A DNA stretch of 64,000 nucleotides from contig OZ024745.1 of NCBI GenBank assembly GCA_964016885.1, positions 15,438,001-15,502,000 of the forward strand, given 5' to 3'. The position numbers were made by a program, and so were the translations under genes. The notes beneath the pieces are model-generated. The model was not told the DNA's origin. It did not search any database and saw only the letters and a list, made by a program, of their open reading frames with translations. Shown piece by piece: positions 1 through 11,107 of this stretch (positions are counted from its first letter, which is position 1; each line of letters starts with the position of its first letter). Source of the stretch: Eledone cirrhosa. Taxonomy: Eukaryota.

Positions 1-978
1 GGAAGTGGAGGTGGAACCAAAATAGGTAAAAGAATTAGTACCAGTTATAACCTTACATTCATACACTAAATTTTTATCAAGACATTGGTTACTAAGAGGA
101 CATTTAGTTCTAACAGGGCAATTGCAATTACGATTAGAGAAATTACCAGGGTTATTAACAAGTGACCTAGTATTATTTATAGAACGAATTGGATTGGAGA
201 AGTTATTTACGATAGGTGCTAAAGTTTCCTGATTTAGATTGGTGTTATGAACATTCGACAAAGTTACGTTTGACGTCGTATTTAAATTTACGGAATCTAG
301 CCTAGAGTTAACATTGACGTCGGGTTTACTATTGCTATTATTATGACGCTCAGTGTTGGATGGATATAATTTATTACTTAATATTTTATTATTATGTTTA
401 GAGATAATGTTAGAGATGTTGGAAGTGGTGGAATAAGAGAATTTAATTGTATGTTTATTAAATATCTTACTATAAATATGCGAGGGAGAGGAGTATTTAT
501 TTAAGGCCCTAAAAAATAATTTAGGAATATTACTAATAATAGATAGAGAAAAAGGAGCGTTGTACCAAATCATATTTTTATATCTAGGTCTTTTCTTTAT
601 GTTATTGGAATGCTTATAACTAACTATATTACTATAAGTCCCTCGATGATTGGTTTCTTTACTGTATTTAACTTTGTCAGGATAACCGGCTCTGGAAAGC
701 GCATTATTGTAATAATTGGCTTTAGCGTCAAAGATAACTTTATTAGAAGATAGATTTGAGATTCTTTTTTCAACATTACTGACTATAGCATTTTTAACGT
801 TAATAGGGCGGTTAGATTTAAAATTAACATAATTTAGATTCTCATTGTCTTTATGGTAAGGGTAATATAAGCCGGTGTCAAGATTAAGGGATATATCCAG
901 GAAGTTAGCTATTTTGACGTTGTTTTCAAATTCAATTTTTAGGTTAAGGTGCTTAAATAGATCAAGTATATTATTCAT
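1..978 (-). CDS. 5'-truncated Penelope-like element ORF (end of RT, thumb, Cys linker, start of GIY-YIG endonuclease); Naiad/Nematis-like; runs off the window edge
   Basis: Manual translation of 978->1 gives 326 codons with no stop: ...KIANFLDISLNLDTGLYYPYHKDNENLNYVNFKSNRP...RISNLSSN...YNNALSRAGY...KNMIWYNAPFS...IFNKHTIKFSYS...HNNKIL...CNCPVRTKCPLSNQCLDKNLVYECKV...TYFGSTS. The NFLD, IWYNxPFS, CNC..CPL..C and VY..YxG motifs are PLE-typical. It begins at a (TA)n tract. Confidence 0.9.
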   Translation of the reverse strand, partial: MNNILDLFKHLNLKIEFENNVKIANFLDISLNLDTGLYYPYHKDNENLNYVNFKSNRPINVKNAIVSNVEKRISNLSSNKVIFDAKANYYNNALSRAGYPDKVKYSKETNHRGTYSNIVSYKHSNNIKKRPRYKNMIWYNAPFSLSIISNIPKLFFRALNKYSSPSHIYSKIFNKHTIKFSYSTTSNISNIISKHNNKILSNKLYPSNTERHNNSNSKPDVNVNSRLDSVNLNTTSNVTLSNVHNTNLNQETLAPIVNNFSNPIRSINNTRSLVNNPGNFSNRNCNCPVRTKCPLSNQCLDKNLVYECKVITGTNSFTYFGSTSTS

Positions 979-1044
979 ATATATATATATAGTATATTAT
1001 TCATATATATATATATATATATATATACAGACACAGACACAGAT

Positions 1045-1088
<44 letters not shown>

Positions 1089-1095
<7 letters not shown>

Positions 1096-1213
1096 AGAAA
1101 AAAAGATAATCAGTGTTGGGACGCATGGAATTTATTGGACATATTACAAACGATTGTAATATGTCCAATAAATTCCATTCGTCGCAACACTGAATCTCTT
1201 TTTTCTGTGATAT
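1089..1213. repeat. Fold-back palindrome (~60-bp arms, 4-nt loop) abutting (TA)n
   Basis: ATATCACAGAAAAAA...GGACATATTACAA-acga-TTGTAATATGTCC...TTTTTTCTGTGATAT. Confidence 0.9.
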
Positions 1214-1294
1214 CATACTCTGCTCTATGAGAGCATCGAGTGCTCAAATGGCCTACCGCGTACGGACGCTTTAAGCATCCAACACCAATTATAT

Positions 1295-1354
<60 letters not shown>

Positions 1355-1361
1355 ATGTATG

Positions 1362-1446
<85 letters not shown>

Positions 1447-1451
<5 letters not shown>

Positions 1452-2000
1452 CAGGTAGATATTTAAATTATTTTTTAATTTATTTAAAGGATTTTTTAAT
1501 GTTTGTTTGTTCTGCTCATCAATTTTTATAGTTCTGGTATCTCTAATTAGTACCATGGAACAACAATTATATTATAGACACCCTATATATCTCAATGTGT
1601 ACTTAGTACTCACTGAGATATTTACCTCATTTTTATACATTCTCCAATCTATGTAGAGAAAAAAATTCGTTGTTGCTTACTGCTATTTTTTTAGCAGCCA
1701 AACCATCAACAAGTCTGTAATATTCCCGCTTGCTCTAGTGACCAGGTCACGTATGGGTCACTTTAACGGCTATAACTCATACGAGCTGGTAGTTAGCATT
1801 ATATTTGCGGACCATGGGACATATGTCCTATAAAAAGGAAAGAGCTATCTGATGAAATCTACTTTCCGTTGGAAATTCTCTGAATTTCCAATCTTTTGTG
1901 GATGGAAACCGCCGGTAACAGCATTATGAACAGGTAGATATTTAAATTATTTTTTAATTTATTTAAAGGATTGTTTAATGTTTGTTTGTTCTGCTCATCA

Positions 2001-2004
<4 letters not shown>
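1447..2004 (+). mobile_element. (TA)n-flanked, terminally redundant hammerhead-bearing mini-element (PLE pseudo-LTR / retrozyme-like)
   Basis: 79-bp direct repeat at 1447-1525 and 1926-2004 (period 479 bp), (TA)n on both sides, hammerhead fold at 1844-1922. Confidence 0.75.
1844..1922 (+). ncRNA. Type I hammerhead ribozyme fold with extended stem II
   Basis: GCTAT-CTGATGA-[ATCTAC..TTGGAAATTC/GAATTTCCAA..GTGGAT]-GAAA-CCGCCGG-TA-ACAGC; stem I GCTAT/ACAGC has one mismatch; GUA triplet. Confidence 0.75.
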
Positions 2005-2051
<47 letters not shown>

Positions 2052-2554
2052 AACATATATACATAGATACATACATACATATTCTACACATCTTGAATTT
2101 TGAGCACTCTGTGACCAATCAAAGCTTTCATTTCCTCCGTCTTTGTTCAATTTCTACCATTTGTGGCGCCATCTAGTGAAGATATTTAACTTCATTTGTG
2201 ACTTTTAATTGATTTTCGTGAAATCTTGTGAAAATCTGGTAAATTCAAATAGTTGTAATTTTCTATTCACACATCTCTTTCATTTAAATCATGTCAACGA
2301 ATCTCAATTGGTGCTTTAAGAAATGTCTTTTGTATCAGCATTTTAGAAAATGCAGTCTTGCATCTTACTATTAACATTAGACAATTAATCATGTTAACCC
2401 ACTTTCTTCTAATGAGTTAACCAGTCATTCATTATATTTCGTGTTTCGTGTCATTTTATCCCGCTGATTAAATTTGCTTCATTTTACGACATCACACGTT
2501 TATCACAACATATCTATCCTCTCACCTTTGTGTTTTATGTAATCCCGTTCTCCA

Positions 2555-2790
2555 AGGCATGTGACCTAACGGTTCAGAGTGTTGGACTCAGGATTCAATA
2601 ATCGTAGGTACGATTCCCATACTAGGTGATTATTAGTGTGTTGTGCAAGACACTTCATTTCACGTTGCTCCAGTTCATCCAGCTGAAAATGATTACAAGA
2701 GACAGGTGAGGGCTAGCTCTGCGACTGAATGACATCTCATCCAGTGGGGGTTATTTTGCATCAACGGTCGCTTAATGTTCATGAAACTGG
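2555..2790 (+). mobile_element. tRNA-derived SINE, family B (CORE-like central block)
   Basis: tRNA-like head with degenerate A/B boxes, followed by TTGTGCAAGACACTTCATTTCACGTTGCTCCAGTTCA; shared with 6945-7090, 50325-50586 and 63895-64000. Confidence 0.7.
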
Positions 2791-4054
2791 AATGAGTCCC
2801 GGGCTTGGTTCAATGTGTACGAATCATGGGGGGGGGGGGATATATATATATAGATAAATATATATAACTTTCTTTGCCACTACTTGAAATGTCTCTAATG
2901 CAAAGAGTTCGGCAGTTCAGCAGAGAAAATAGTGAATCAATTCAAATGTTTCAAAATCGTTTCAAAATGTGAATAACTGAGTTTTAGTTTTAAGAGATGG
3001 CTTGGAATAAAGTGTGAAAAGAATTGTAATTTTTTTTTGCGATTTCCTGTACTTCTATGGGTAAGGAGTTCAAAAGGTACAAGTTTGAAGTTAATAGTGA
3101 GTTCCATAATTTATGAATCAGTATTTAGTCGAAGAGAGAAATATATTTTAGCAATATATTCGTGCCATTTATATTTGTATCGTTATTGTCACGTTCGAAT
3201 ATCAGTTGACTTAAGATGAGGCTCTTGTAATACTTTTATTAGAGTAACTAGCAGATAAACCACCGTTCGGGTGGTTTTCTGCTAGCATGTGTAGTGTGTA
3301 TATTTATATTATATACAAATATACATGCATGTAGATATGATATGTCAAATAAAATCGTAATTGACAATAAGCACAGAAATTGAAGAGAGACTGTGTTACA
3401 CTCTCTTCTGTAATCAGTAAAGTGATCCATGATACATTTAAAAAAGACGATATTATATATAAATTGTATTACGGTGAAATGTAATGAAACCTTATATAAC
3501 GATGCAAATATATGGATGTTAATATAAGCAATGTAATAAGTGTTATGATATAACGAACGTTAACCGGAAGTGTAGATATTTGAAAATGTTAAAAGAAGAG
3601 AATCTTAAAATAAGCAACCATTATATATAAGAATATTTATGTTTAATCAACAGCTACGAAATTTAGTAGATAAATTATGTAATATTCATTAATTATTTAT
3701 TCAAAGTAATCTAACTTACTTTACTAACGGGATAAAAAAATATATTCAAGACGCAGTCCCGCACTCCTCTCTTTGTTATAGTTATGATTATTAACAGACA
3801 GCAAATAGTTGAAAATTTCAAATATTTTGTAGTTTGTAAAGTTAGTTCGGAAATAAAGGAAAGGCAACCGTGTAGCAAGTATGTCATAAATTATCAAAGT
3901 TCTAGAAATCATTTCTGAGGAAGAGTATTGTTATCAGATTCTTCTTAGAAATGACTGGATTTTGTTTCGGAATATGAGAAAATGTTGAAATTGAGAGGTG
4001 TTAGTTGTCGCAACCAACTAAAGGTTGTTTATATTTGAAAATATATAGATCGAG

Positions 4055-4229
4055 CAGATTTCCTCCAGAAAGGATAGAGAGTGGGAGAGAGAAAGTGAGA
4101 AAAATATAGAGAGGCAGGATAGACCCCAGTGCTTCATCGGAAAAGCAAAGATTACCTCGGTGAAATTTGAAATAAAAGTGCAGAGAACCGGAACCAGTAC
4201 CGCAAAGCATTCTATCCGACACTGTAACG
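4055..4229 (-). mobile_element. SINE family A copy with pyrimidine-rich tail
   Basis: Reverse complement reads GGTGGTGAATTGGCAGAGTCGTTACAG...TCAAATTTCACCGAGGTAATCTTTGCTTTTC, matching more than 10 copies in the window. Confidence 0.7.
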
Positions 4230-4868
4230 ACTCTGCCAATTCACCACCTAAAATGTATTGCCAAGAATATCTTCACTTCAATCAAATGAACGAACCCAAT
4301 TTTTTCTTATGCAAAGAGATCAGCTTCGACAAAAATACAAGCACCAAAACTTGCCAGATTCTCAGAGGCTAGAATTGTGCAATTCACAGAAATCATTTAC
4401 ATAATTTCCATGAAGTTTTATTGCTTTTAGAAATACTTCACTTTTAAATTTGTTTAACTTTGAAAATAAATATTGCTATTCCAAAATAAATTTTTACCAA
4501 TAATTTATTTCGAATTGAAATATAAAAAAAAATACATATCGTTTTGATTTGTTTGTATATATTTTTTTTGAATGTTTTGTTATTAAATTCTGAAAATAAG
4601 AAGGCAAAAACACAGGGAAAAAAATTGTAAATTGTACAATGTTTACTAGAAGTTCAAATAAATAGACGAAGCTGAATAAACAGAGATATGACATTAATTA
4701 CAATGTGAAAGCGGTTTAAACCATCGGAAGAGATGTAAAAGGAAAAGAAGAAGAATAATGTCAATGTTTGGAGATTATCAGTCAGAAAAATGTGCTCACT
4801 TCGTATATTGGAGATTAATCGAACTATCATTCTGACAATTACAGGTGAACTTTATCTTCCATGTTTCC

Positions 4869-4900
<32 letters not shown>

Positions 4901-6884
4901 CAGAGGTATCGTCTTATCTTCTTAAGTATTAATACTATGATCGTTATATTGTTATTGATGCTTTGTTGTTGTTGTTGTGGCTCGTGATGTTTGTTCCTCG
5001 TGTTATTGTTGTTGTTGTTGTTGTTGTTATTGCTGTTGCTGTTGCTGTTGTTGTTGTTCTTCTTCTTCTTCTTCTTCTTCTTCTTCTTCTCCTTCTCCTC
5101 CTTCTTCTTCAGCCAGTCAGCCAGTCAGCCAGTCAGTCAATCTGTTAGTGACATTAAACAGGTGGATTAGAAGGTTTTATGTTCTATACTTGCTTGACTC
5201 CTCACCTCACTGAGATCATTTTAGAGCAGTCATCTCCATCACTCTATTATAACATCTTACATCAAGTTGTAAACTATCTTTTTACAGATAGTCCAGAGCC
5301 AGCAGCTGGAGAGAAGTAAAAGACATTATGGAGTATAAAACAGAGATGTCGGCTTATATAGAAAGCCATGTAACGTGAGTGGCTTAGATTGTTACGGTAA
5401 TAATCAGAATTGAGAGAGAAAGAAAAGTAATATAATGGACGAGTGATGGAAATTTACCTTAATAATTTGAAAGCAAATTAAAATAAAGGAGTGATCGAAA
5501 TTTACCGTAACATTTTATAAATTGCTAAGGTAAATTTCGGTGTGTGATATATAGTCTCAAAATTGGAGCTGCAATACATAAAGTCTCCAACAATACTTCC
5601 GGTAATCGTAATGTCACTTAAGAGTAATTCCTTCTCTCATCTTATGCCATCTTTAGACAGATTTTTCCTTTTTCTGTCGAGTTCAATAATTTCTCGAATT
5701 ACCTATATTTATTGTTGTTTTGTTTTTGTCTTTTGCATACATAATTTTCCCCATAACGTTTCTGTTGTTTAGTTAAAATAATATTACATTGCCCATTTCT
5801 AACTAGCTAGTTTATTTGTTTCTAAGTATAGGTGACAGTTCTTCATATATTGATGGTTTGTGGATTTTTGAGTCTCTATTGTTTGTTTTAATTTGGTGAA
5901 TTAATATTGTTTTTCCCTCAAGTAACCAGTTATGTGATGGTTGTTGTCTCTTTCATAAATCATTCAGTGCTGGTATTGTTCCTACAGTCCCATCTATATG
6001 GTTAAGTACTTTAACTACACTTTAGAAATCTCTTCTGCTAGAATTTCTAGTTATTTTCTGTCGTGTTTTATCGTGCTATTGTCTTCCCCAATTCCTCTCT
6101 CTCTCCATTTTTTTCAATTTAATATTTCTGTAACAATGTATGTATATATATACATATTTTCTTTCCATTTCCTCTCTCAGTCTGATTATATTTCTATTGT
6201 GATTGAAGTACCTTTCAGCATTGCTATGTGTTTGTTGTTATATAATTATGCGTCCTGAGTATTTATTTCAAATGCATCATTTTCATTGAACACTTGAACA
6301 ATGCTCTTGTTTTTTTTTTTTTATATTTTGTTTTCATTATCACCGAACAAAGACTAAGTAGGGTTCGTTAGTGTTATTGTTGTTGTTGTTATAGTAGCTA
6401 TTATGTTTATTGCTGCTGTTGTTTATCCCCAGTTCAGCCCAAATCATGCAGACCTAAAACAATCTGTGTATAATTGGTTCTGTTGAGTAGTCTTCACTGT
6501 TTTATATAGCTTATATAGAGTTATATTTGATCAGTTAACTTCTATTGATTGTTTATAATTTGGACACGGCAGTGATACTTCTCAATAGTATTTATTCTGG
6601 TCAATTGGACAGAGAAAGAGTAAACTAATAGAAAAGACAAAAAGGAACGGAAGAACCACATTTTGCTTCACAAGTAAAAAAGAAATATACTTCTCTATTC
6701 TGTCCAGCGGGGCCACGGGGTGGCCAGTGCGTGGGACCCCATTTGCTTATAATAGTGAGAGATGGGGAGGGCGAGATAGACGAAGGCAGTAAGTGAAAGA
6801 GAGAGAACATCAACACTTATTTACTTATTTAATATATAAACCCTTCATATAACAACCTACACTTTGAAAGTAAAGTTCATAAGC

Positions 6885-7352
6885 AGAAAATTTCATAGGC
6901 TGTAAAGTTTATAGGCTGACCTAATTACTCTCGGAATGACCATGAAGGCGCGTGGTTTAGTGGATAGAGCATTGGGCTTGCAATCGAAAGGTTTTGAGTT
7001 CAATTCTCGGACCGGGTGATGTGTTTTTTACCTTGAGCAAGACACTTTATTTCACGTTGCTCCAGTTTACTCAGATGTAGAAATGAGATGATAGGACTGG
7101 GGTCCCTATCATTAAATCACCCAAGACACCTCTAACGAGATATACCTTGGAGGAGGCCGGCTAAACCTGCATAGCTGCGAGCTGTCATACACACATCACA
7201 CAATGGCCAAATGAGGTTTATTTTTCAACATAGTCCCTGGAAAGTCTCAATGCAATTATTGATAAAAAGATTTGAAATTAACGCATGCAGTATTTCACAA
7301 TTCTAGTATCACTCTTTCTTAGTCAGCCTATAAACGTTTCAGCCCACCCATG
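6885..7352. mobile_element. Probable Tc1/mariner-derived non-autonomous element interrupted by a SINE
   Basis: AAGTTTTATAGGCTGAC (~6905-6921) is inverted relative to GTCAGCCTATAAACGTTTCAGCCCACCC (~7322-7349); superfamily assignment is by resemblance only. Confidence 0.4.
6945..7090 (+). mobile_element. tRNA-derived SINE, family B
   Basis: GGCGCGTGGTTTAGTGGATAGAGC (A box)...GAGTTCAATTC (B box)...CCTTGAGCAAGACACTTTATTTCACGTTGCTCCAG. Confidence 0.8.
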
Positions 7353-7595
7353 CGTGCTTATGCATGTCTGAGTAAAGATAAATCTGGTTTATATATGTTT
7401 AATCGAACGCCTGTAATACGCTGACAAGTTATCTTCTACATATAAGTTTTGCTAAATATTTAGTAATACTTGCTAGAGAATAATCTCCCCAAATACAAAG
7501 AATTTATCTATTATCCTCAATATAAATATCACTGCCTCTTCGTTAATGATGCTTAGTTTTTCCACTTTAGAAAAGATATATATATATATATAATG

Positions 7596-7812
7596 ATTTC
7601 TAGTATAGGCACAAGGCCAGTAATTTGTGGGGAAGCGGAAAGTTGATCAAATCGACTCCGGTGCATTATTGGTACTTTATTTTATCGACCTCATAAGGAT
7701 TGAAAGGCAAAGCTAACCTCGGCGAGATTTGAACACAGAACGCAAAGGATCGTAACTCTATGCCGCGAAGCATATTGTCCGACGCTCTACCGATTCTGGC
7801 AATCCACCACCC
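7596..7812 (-). mobile_element. SINE family A, near full length
   Basis: Reverse complement GGTGGTGGATTGCCAGAATCGGTAGAGCGTCGGAC...TGTTCAAATCTCGCCGAGGTTAGCTTTGCCTTTC...GGTCGATAAAATAAAGTACC...GGCCTTGTGCCTATACTAGAAA. Confidence 0.8.
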
Positions 7813-8192
7813 TTATATATATATATAATGTGTGCGTGTGTGTGTGCAGTGCTTGGGGGGCCCGGGGCTCTTCAGATTTGGGGGGCCTCACATACACAAT
7901 GCAAGTAATTGTGAAAGTTATATATACAGGTATATATTTAAACATTTCTAACCATCCTAAAACTAAAAAGCTCAGCTGAGGACACAAATAAATTGCTACG
8001 GCCGTCACTTGTGGGGCTCCCCATTGCAGGGGCCCCGAAGTAACTGCCCCCTATTCCCCCATTAACTCCGGTCCTGTGCATGTGTGTGAGAGTGTGTGTG
8101 CGCGCGCGCGTGTGTGTGTGTATGTGTTCGAGGTTTGACATTTTTTTAAATTAAGGAATGTTCATATTTCATTATCAGTCTTTTATGTTTAA

Positions 8193-8942
8193 CTAGCAGA
8201 ATGGCCCGGCATTGCTCGGGATTCTAAACATAGATTGGCATTTTTATCCCTCCTTTCTGAAACAGTACAGAGAAGTACGGAATACCTCGGCCTCGGGATG
8301 GTGTCTAGATTTTGTGCTTATAAAAAGAATTCGTCGTAGATTACCAGGGGTTTATTCCGTGCGAAGAAAATCAATACTTTATCGCGAAATAAATACGTTT
8401 GTTTATATTTTGTTATTGTGTATGCAAAAATATCTGTACACGAATATATAATTATATATATATATTAAAATAACAGGTTAAAGTTTAAGCAAAGAATCGG
8501 TGCTTTCACCCATAACGGGATCTTCTGAAACTAAAAAAATCAATCTGTGAACGCAGAAGTAAATATTTCGTAAAACGTTACACACTATATATATATATAC
8601 ACACACTATATATACATATATACAAACACACACACAGATAGCGAAGTCAATGCTTTCATAATGTCGTAATGCAGACAGCCAGACATACAGACAGATATTA
8701 TAAGGGCGCGACGATATAGCTATGTATCTATCTAAAAAGACAGACTAAGAAAGAGAGAGAGGTCGCAAACCGGCGCCTAATGCGGTCCCTAGGGCATTGA
8801 AAATTTGAAATATTCTTTGCTCAAAACACTCACACGACCATAAGTATTACATGTGTAAAGTTTTAAAAACATCGGTTGGGTGGTTCTCGAGATTTAGGGA
8901 GACAAACAGACAGACAGACATTCTCTGTTTTAGATATATAGA
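8193..8942 (-). mobile_element. Non-autonomous Helitron-like element
   Basis: On the minus strand it starts a|TCTATATATCTAAAACAGAGAATGTCTGTCTGTCTG and ends with the hairpin CCCGAGCAATGCCGGG then CTGCTAG|t (5'-TC, 3'-CTAG, A|T target). Confidence 0.7.
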
Positions 8943-9021
8943 TTAGTAATAATCTTCTCATTCCCATTCCCCTTAGAATACCTTCCCGGATTCAACTTCC
9001 ATATCTAGATACCGGTCACTC

Positions 9022-9240
9022 CCCGACAGGTTTGCGGTCGTACCCTTGGCAGTGGAGATTTCTGGTGTCCTCGGCCCTAGGGCTACCTCCCTACTCACCA
9101 CCATAGGCGCTGAGCTGGCCAGCCGTAGGTGTGAGCCTCACGAGTTGGAATGGCTTTTCCAGCACGTCTCCCTTGCCGTCCTCCGGGGAAACGCCTTCTC
9201 CATTCTGTCCGCCGGGGCTGTGAGGAGGCCAACAATATGA
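9022..9240 (+). pseudogene. C-terminal restriction-like endonuclease end of a CRE-clade non-LTR retrotransposon (fragment)
   Basis: DRFAVVPLAVEISGVLGPRATSLLTTIG...LEWLFQHVSLAVLRGNAFSIL matches the P.A.E..G..G..A...L...QR.S.A..RGNA..I pattern of CRE-type RLE tails; GC-rich island. Confidence 0.75.
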
Positions 9241-9882
9241 TTGACCGACTTGTCATTTTATCAGTCAACTATTGCTGTCGTTAGATAACTAGGTATCTGG
9301 AGATGAACGTTGAAACTAGTTTAAATAAGTTGAAATGACGCAACGGTCAAATCATTGCAGTCTGATCCCTAACAAACCTTCTCTCTATATATCCTCACAA
9401 ACAAACATCATGTCACCCATGCATATATCGAAGTATTCTAGTTTGCTTTTGTTTTTTTGTAAAATTGTATATAGAATGTTAGGGATATCAATTAATATCT
9501 TTACTATATAGTTTCGTCAGGTGTATTGTATTATATTGTGTTGGGATGAGTCCTTGTTTTAAATACATAGTCAACAGACGTGAATGGGTTGTACTGCTGT
9601 GTCTAATGTAAGAAATTGAGTCATGATGTTTACAACTCTCGTGTTTACATTAAAGATTCCATAGTAACATATATTCATTATCTGAAGTATGCTTTGTTAT
9701 TTGTTAGTTGGTGATTTCCTATTGATGATAAATATCTCCATACTTGTGTTTTTTGTAATATAATTCTAACGTTTAATTTTTTTGTAACGTGCGATATATT
9801 TTGTGGTCTGTTTCTTGTGTTTTCTTAATGGCGCATTCATTAATTCTATATGACGGCAAATTGCCAGAGTCGTTAGAACGTC

Positions 9883-9945
<63 letters not shown>

Positions 9946-10227
9946 TGTGTGTGTGTGTGTGTGCGAATGTGTGTGTGTGCGTGTGCGTGCGAATGTGTTG
10001 TGTGTGCGTGTATGTCTGTGTGCATGTGTGTGTGTGTGCATGCGTCTGTGTTGCGTGTGCGTGCGTCTGTGTTGTGTGTGTTCTGTGTGTGTGTTGTGTG
10101 TGTTGTGTGCGCGTGTGTGTGTTGTGTGTATGTGTGTGTATTTCTGTGTGTATGTGTGTGTGTGTGTGCGTACGTGTGTGTGTGTGTGTGTGTGTGTTGT
10201 GTGTGTAGTCATTCATTAATTCTATAC

Positions 10228-10505
10228 GACGGCGAATTGGCAGAATCGTTAGAAAACTTTACAGTATTAGTTGCGACCCTCTGCTCTTTGAGTTCAAATC
10301 CCGTCGAGATCAACTTTGCCTTTCATCCTTTCGAGGTCGATAAAAAATGTACCAGTAAAGTACTGGAGATCGATCCTGCCTCTATATCACTTTCTCACTT
10401 CCATTCTCTTACTCTTTATTTTTCTCTGGAAGAAATCTGCTGTATTCAAACCTGGAGAGGATTCCCCAAATGTTGTATGTCAATATGGCGCCCCTACCAC
10501 TCTCT
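10228..10505 (+). mobile_element. SINE family A with extended tail
   Basis: GACGGCGAATTGGCAGAATCGTTAG...GAGTTCAAATCCCGTCGAGATCAACTTTGCCTTTCATCCTTTCGAGGTCGATAAAA; tail shared with 63480-63860. Confidence 0.75.
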
Positions 10506-11076
10506 CGGGAGTTACAGAAACGTACATGCTTGCATTAATTCTATAACTAGGATACCTTTGGTTTATGTAGCATGGCTGAGTTACATCATTTTATTGGGAG
10601 TTGTATATGTCATCTGTGGGAGTGTATTTGTTCTTGTATTGTTCTATAGCCTGGTCAACTAAACATAATGGAGTATACCACTTATACAAAGTATCGCTTG
10701 TTTAACTCTTAAGATTTCTTGCTCACATATCTGGGATGGTGTTACTACCCTACATAAAAACCTCTCAGACGACATATCAGAAAAATGGCATTCAACCATT
10801 TTGAAGAAACTCGCTCACTAATCCATTAAAACTATTGATTTACAAAGTTGCAGTTTCTTCTTCTTCTTCTTCTTCTTCTTCTTCTGTCTTTTAAAACGCC
10901 CTCTGCTCCCCCTTAACTAACAAACAAGTATCACCTCACCACTATCAACATCACCACCGCCACCTTCACAATCATCTCCATACCCCCTCCCCCATTCACC
11001 GCTTAATGTTTTGTCTCGTCCCCCTGGATGGTACATCAACAACTCTCTAAACACTTCACATTTCCGAATATATACA

Positions 11077-11107
<31 letters not shown>

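Noticed and set aside
1-978. Selenocysteine-encoding (UGA-containing) Naiad-type ORF
   Set aside because: All Cys positions seen are TGT/TGC and there is no in-frame TGA in the visible part.
6945-7020. tRNA genes at SINE heads (also ~2555, ~50510-50586, ~63940-64000)
   Set aside because: The cloverleaves are degenerate and each continues into a shared SINE body.
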